Shown: one piece after another, positions 36,462-38,301 of the stretch
How the letters are laid out: each line of letters starts with the position of its first letter
How positions within the stretch are numbered: position 1 is the first letter of the stretch
Assembly: GCA_964008355.1 (NCBI GenBank)
Contig: CAXGBD010000003.1
Coordinates: 1-38,301, forward strand
DNA: 38,301 nucleotides
Direction: 5' to 3'
Origin: an uncultured Gammaproteobacteria bacterium
GTDB lineage: Bacteria; Pseudomonadota; Gammaproteobacteria; Steroidobacterales; UBA11654
Made by a program: the position numbers and the translations under genes
The notes under the pieces: generated by a model
Told to the model about the DNA's origin: nothing
What the model saw: only the letters and a program-made list of their open reading frames with translations
Databases searched by the model: none

Positions 36462-37337
36462 ATGAATTTAGGAAGAATCTCAACCGTTACAATTGGTTCG
36501 CATGATCTAGATTCAATGGTTGAAGCCTATAGAGATTATTTAGGCTACCGTCTTACCAAGACTGGAAAAATTACAAAACTGGAAGCCACCCATTGGCAAG
36601 CTAAAAACATAACTAATTCAGAGTACGTTATTTTGCAGCCAGAAAAATCAGATGATTTTTCATTTAGGTTTATCCAGCAACCCAATCAACCTGACTATAT
36701 TCCTTTTAAAAGTGAAGGATGGAATGCAGCTGAGCTAATTGTCCAGAACGTAGATAAACTTTCAGAAGAATTAATAGATTCTCCATTTGAAATAATTGGG
36801 CCTCCAGCAGACCTATCTTTTAATAAGAACATAAGAGCAATGCAAGTAATCGGCCCGGCAAAAGAAATACTTTATTTGACCGAGTTTAAAAAGAAAATTC
36901 CCGAATTCGATAGCCCTGTTCCTAGGTGTTTTGTTGATAAGACCTTTATCGTGATTCTGGCAGGAAAATCTCTAGAATCCATGCAGATTTATTTTCATGA
37001 TGATTTTATGATAGCTAAAGCCCCAATAATAGAATCAAGGATTCGTTCCATTTCAAGAGTATTTGACCTTCCAGAAGAAACTCAATATCCAGCAGCTGCT
37101 TTAACTTTGAAAGACCAATGCTTCATTGAACTTGACGAATTACCTAAAGAGGGTATCAGCAGAGTTTGTATTGATGGTTACCTTCCTTCGGGTATTGCAA
37201 TGGTGAGTTTCCTTTGCTACAAGGAGTCAAAGTACATCAATAATTTGTATCCATCATCTTTACCTGGTTATAAATCTAATTTTTGTTCAATGGAGCAAGG
37301 CAGCGTCGAAGAATTGATTGAACTTATTTATTGTTGA
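36462..37337 (+). CDS. Conserved hypothetical protein, probable two-domain VOC/glyoxalase fold (paralog 2)
   Basis: Shares GWN..E..V...D, F.IIGPP.DL, RAMQV.GP..EILYLT, FVD..FI and F.IELDE.P with 17006-17893. Start placed at ATG 36462 (MNLGRIS) after AAGG. Confidence 0.6.
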   Translation: MNLGRISTVTIGSHDLDSMVEAYRDYLGYRLTKTGKITKLEATHWQAKNITNSEYVILQPEKSDDFSFRFIQQPNQPDYIPFKSEGWNAAELIVQNVDKLSEELIDSPFEIIGPPADLSFNKNIRAMQVIGPAKEILYLTEFKKKIPEFDSPVPRCFVDKTFIVILAGKSLESMQIYFHDDFMIAKAPIIESRIRSISRVFDLPEETQYPAAALTLKDQCFIELDELPKEGISRVCIDGYLPSGIAMVSFLCYKESKYINNLYPSSLPGYKSNFCSMEQGSVEELIELIYC

Positions 37338-37450
37338 GACAATATCTACTTTATTCAATGAATTACTATGAAAATTTTATTGTTTAGAAATATCTTTTTT
37401 AATGTAGAATCTTTTAGGTCAATTTAATATTTTATTTCTTAATATTAGTT

Positions 37451-38272
37451 GTGGAAACAATAATAAATAACAGTCTTATAGGTTTGGTTTTATTAACCTT
37501 AGTTGCTGGCGGTATTGCAGGTATATTGGCTGGATTATTGGGAGTCGGTGGCGGGATCGTTATTGTCCCCCTGCTCTATTATATTCTTACATTCCTAAAC
37601 TATGATCAATCCATCATAATGCATGTTGCTGTAGGTACTTCTCTGTTTGTTATTGTTCCCACGAGTATCCGTTCTGCCATGCAACATAAGAAACACGATG
37701 CATTTGATGCACGTATTTTTAAGAAATGGTTTGTTCCAATGGTTGCCGGTACTATCATTGGATCAATTATTGCTAACTATGCTTCTTTCAAAGCTCTAAC
37801 GGGTTTGTTTGCATGTATTGCACTTATCGTTTCTCTGCAAATGTTTTTAAACAGACAAAAAATTAATAGAAATATTAAGATACCTAAATTTTTGTATCTT
37901 ATTTTTCCGTGTTTCATTGGCTTAATATCGGTCATGATGGGCATCGGCGGAGGCACTATGAGTGTTCCTGTGATGAATCATTTGGGTGTTGAAATGCGAA
38001 AAGCTGTTGGAACCTCAGCTTCTTTTGGAACTGTAATTGCAATACCAGGAACGGTAGGATTTATAGTTGGTGGGATGGGAAATCCATTATTGCCTCCCCT
38101 TTCATTTGGCTATATAAATATCATGGCATTCTCTCTTATTGTTCCTGCGACATTATTGACAGTTCCAATTGGTGTTAACTATGCTCACCAAATCTCACAG
38201 TTAAAATTAAGAAAGTTATTTGCTTCGTTTTTAGGTATAACCGCTATAAAAATGTTGAGCGATCTATTTTAG
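37451..38272 (+). CDS. TauE/SafE (TSUP) family membrane protein
   Basis: AGLLGVGGG.VIVP, AVGTSL, second repeat MGIGGG..SVP and AVGTSA. Confidence 0.88.
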   Translation: METIINNSLIGLVLLTLVAGGIAGILAGLLGVGGGIVIVPLLYYILTFLNYDQSIIMHVAVGTSLFVIVPTSIRSAMQHKKHDAFDARIFKKWFVPMVAGTIIGSIIANYASFKALTGLFACIALIVSLQMFLNRQKINRNIKIPKFLYLIFPCFIGLISVMMGIGGGTMSVPVMNHLGVEMRKAVGTSASFGTVIAIPGTVGFIVGGMGNPLLPPLSFGYINIMAFSLIVPATLLTVPIGVNYAHQISQLKLRKLFASFLGITAIKMLSDLF

Positions 38273-38301
38273 AAAGTAATAGTTGAAGATTCTTTGCTTT
38301 T

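Noticed and set aside
1-38301. CRISPR arrays, tRNA/rRNA, IS elements, prophage or defence genes
   Set aside because: No regularly spaced repeats, cloverleaf motifs, transposase/integrase or nuclease ORFs were seen; intergenic gaps are all under about 230 bp.

Overview
AT-rich, very gene-dense bacterial DNA with short or overlapping intergenic regions. It most resembles a streamlined (probably marine) gammaproteobacterium; this is inferred from gene content and synteny. About 37 CDS and no rRNA, tRNA, CRISPR or mobile element were seen. Left end: a Xanthomonas-type acetylated arginine operon (argF'-argG-argB[NAGS/K]-argC-argH, lacking argE). It is preceded by what looks like a complete ribosome-dependent attenuator: a short Arg-codon leader ORF, mutually exclusive 1:2 and 2:3 hairpins, and an intrinsic terminator. 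Next is an MFS / TMADH-like flavoprotein / Tat-exported nitrilase-family operon whose flavoprotein lacks the flavinylation Cys and the active-site His. It is followed by a reduced fabG-acpP-tmk-holB-FNR-fabH cluster. The rest is a mosaic of catabolic, redox and transport genes: two paralogous VOC-like hypotheticals, ABM protein, dienoyl-CoA isomerase, etfBA, Bcr MFS, Prx5, TRAP dctQM without dctP, ALDH, SDR, AhpD-like protein, mscS, hydantoinase/oxoprolinase A+B, HMG-CoA lyase-like protein and TauE. Best candidates for new biology are the arginine attenuator, the variant amine-dehydrogenase operon and the hydantoinase/HMG-CoA-lyase/VOC module.
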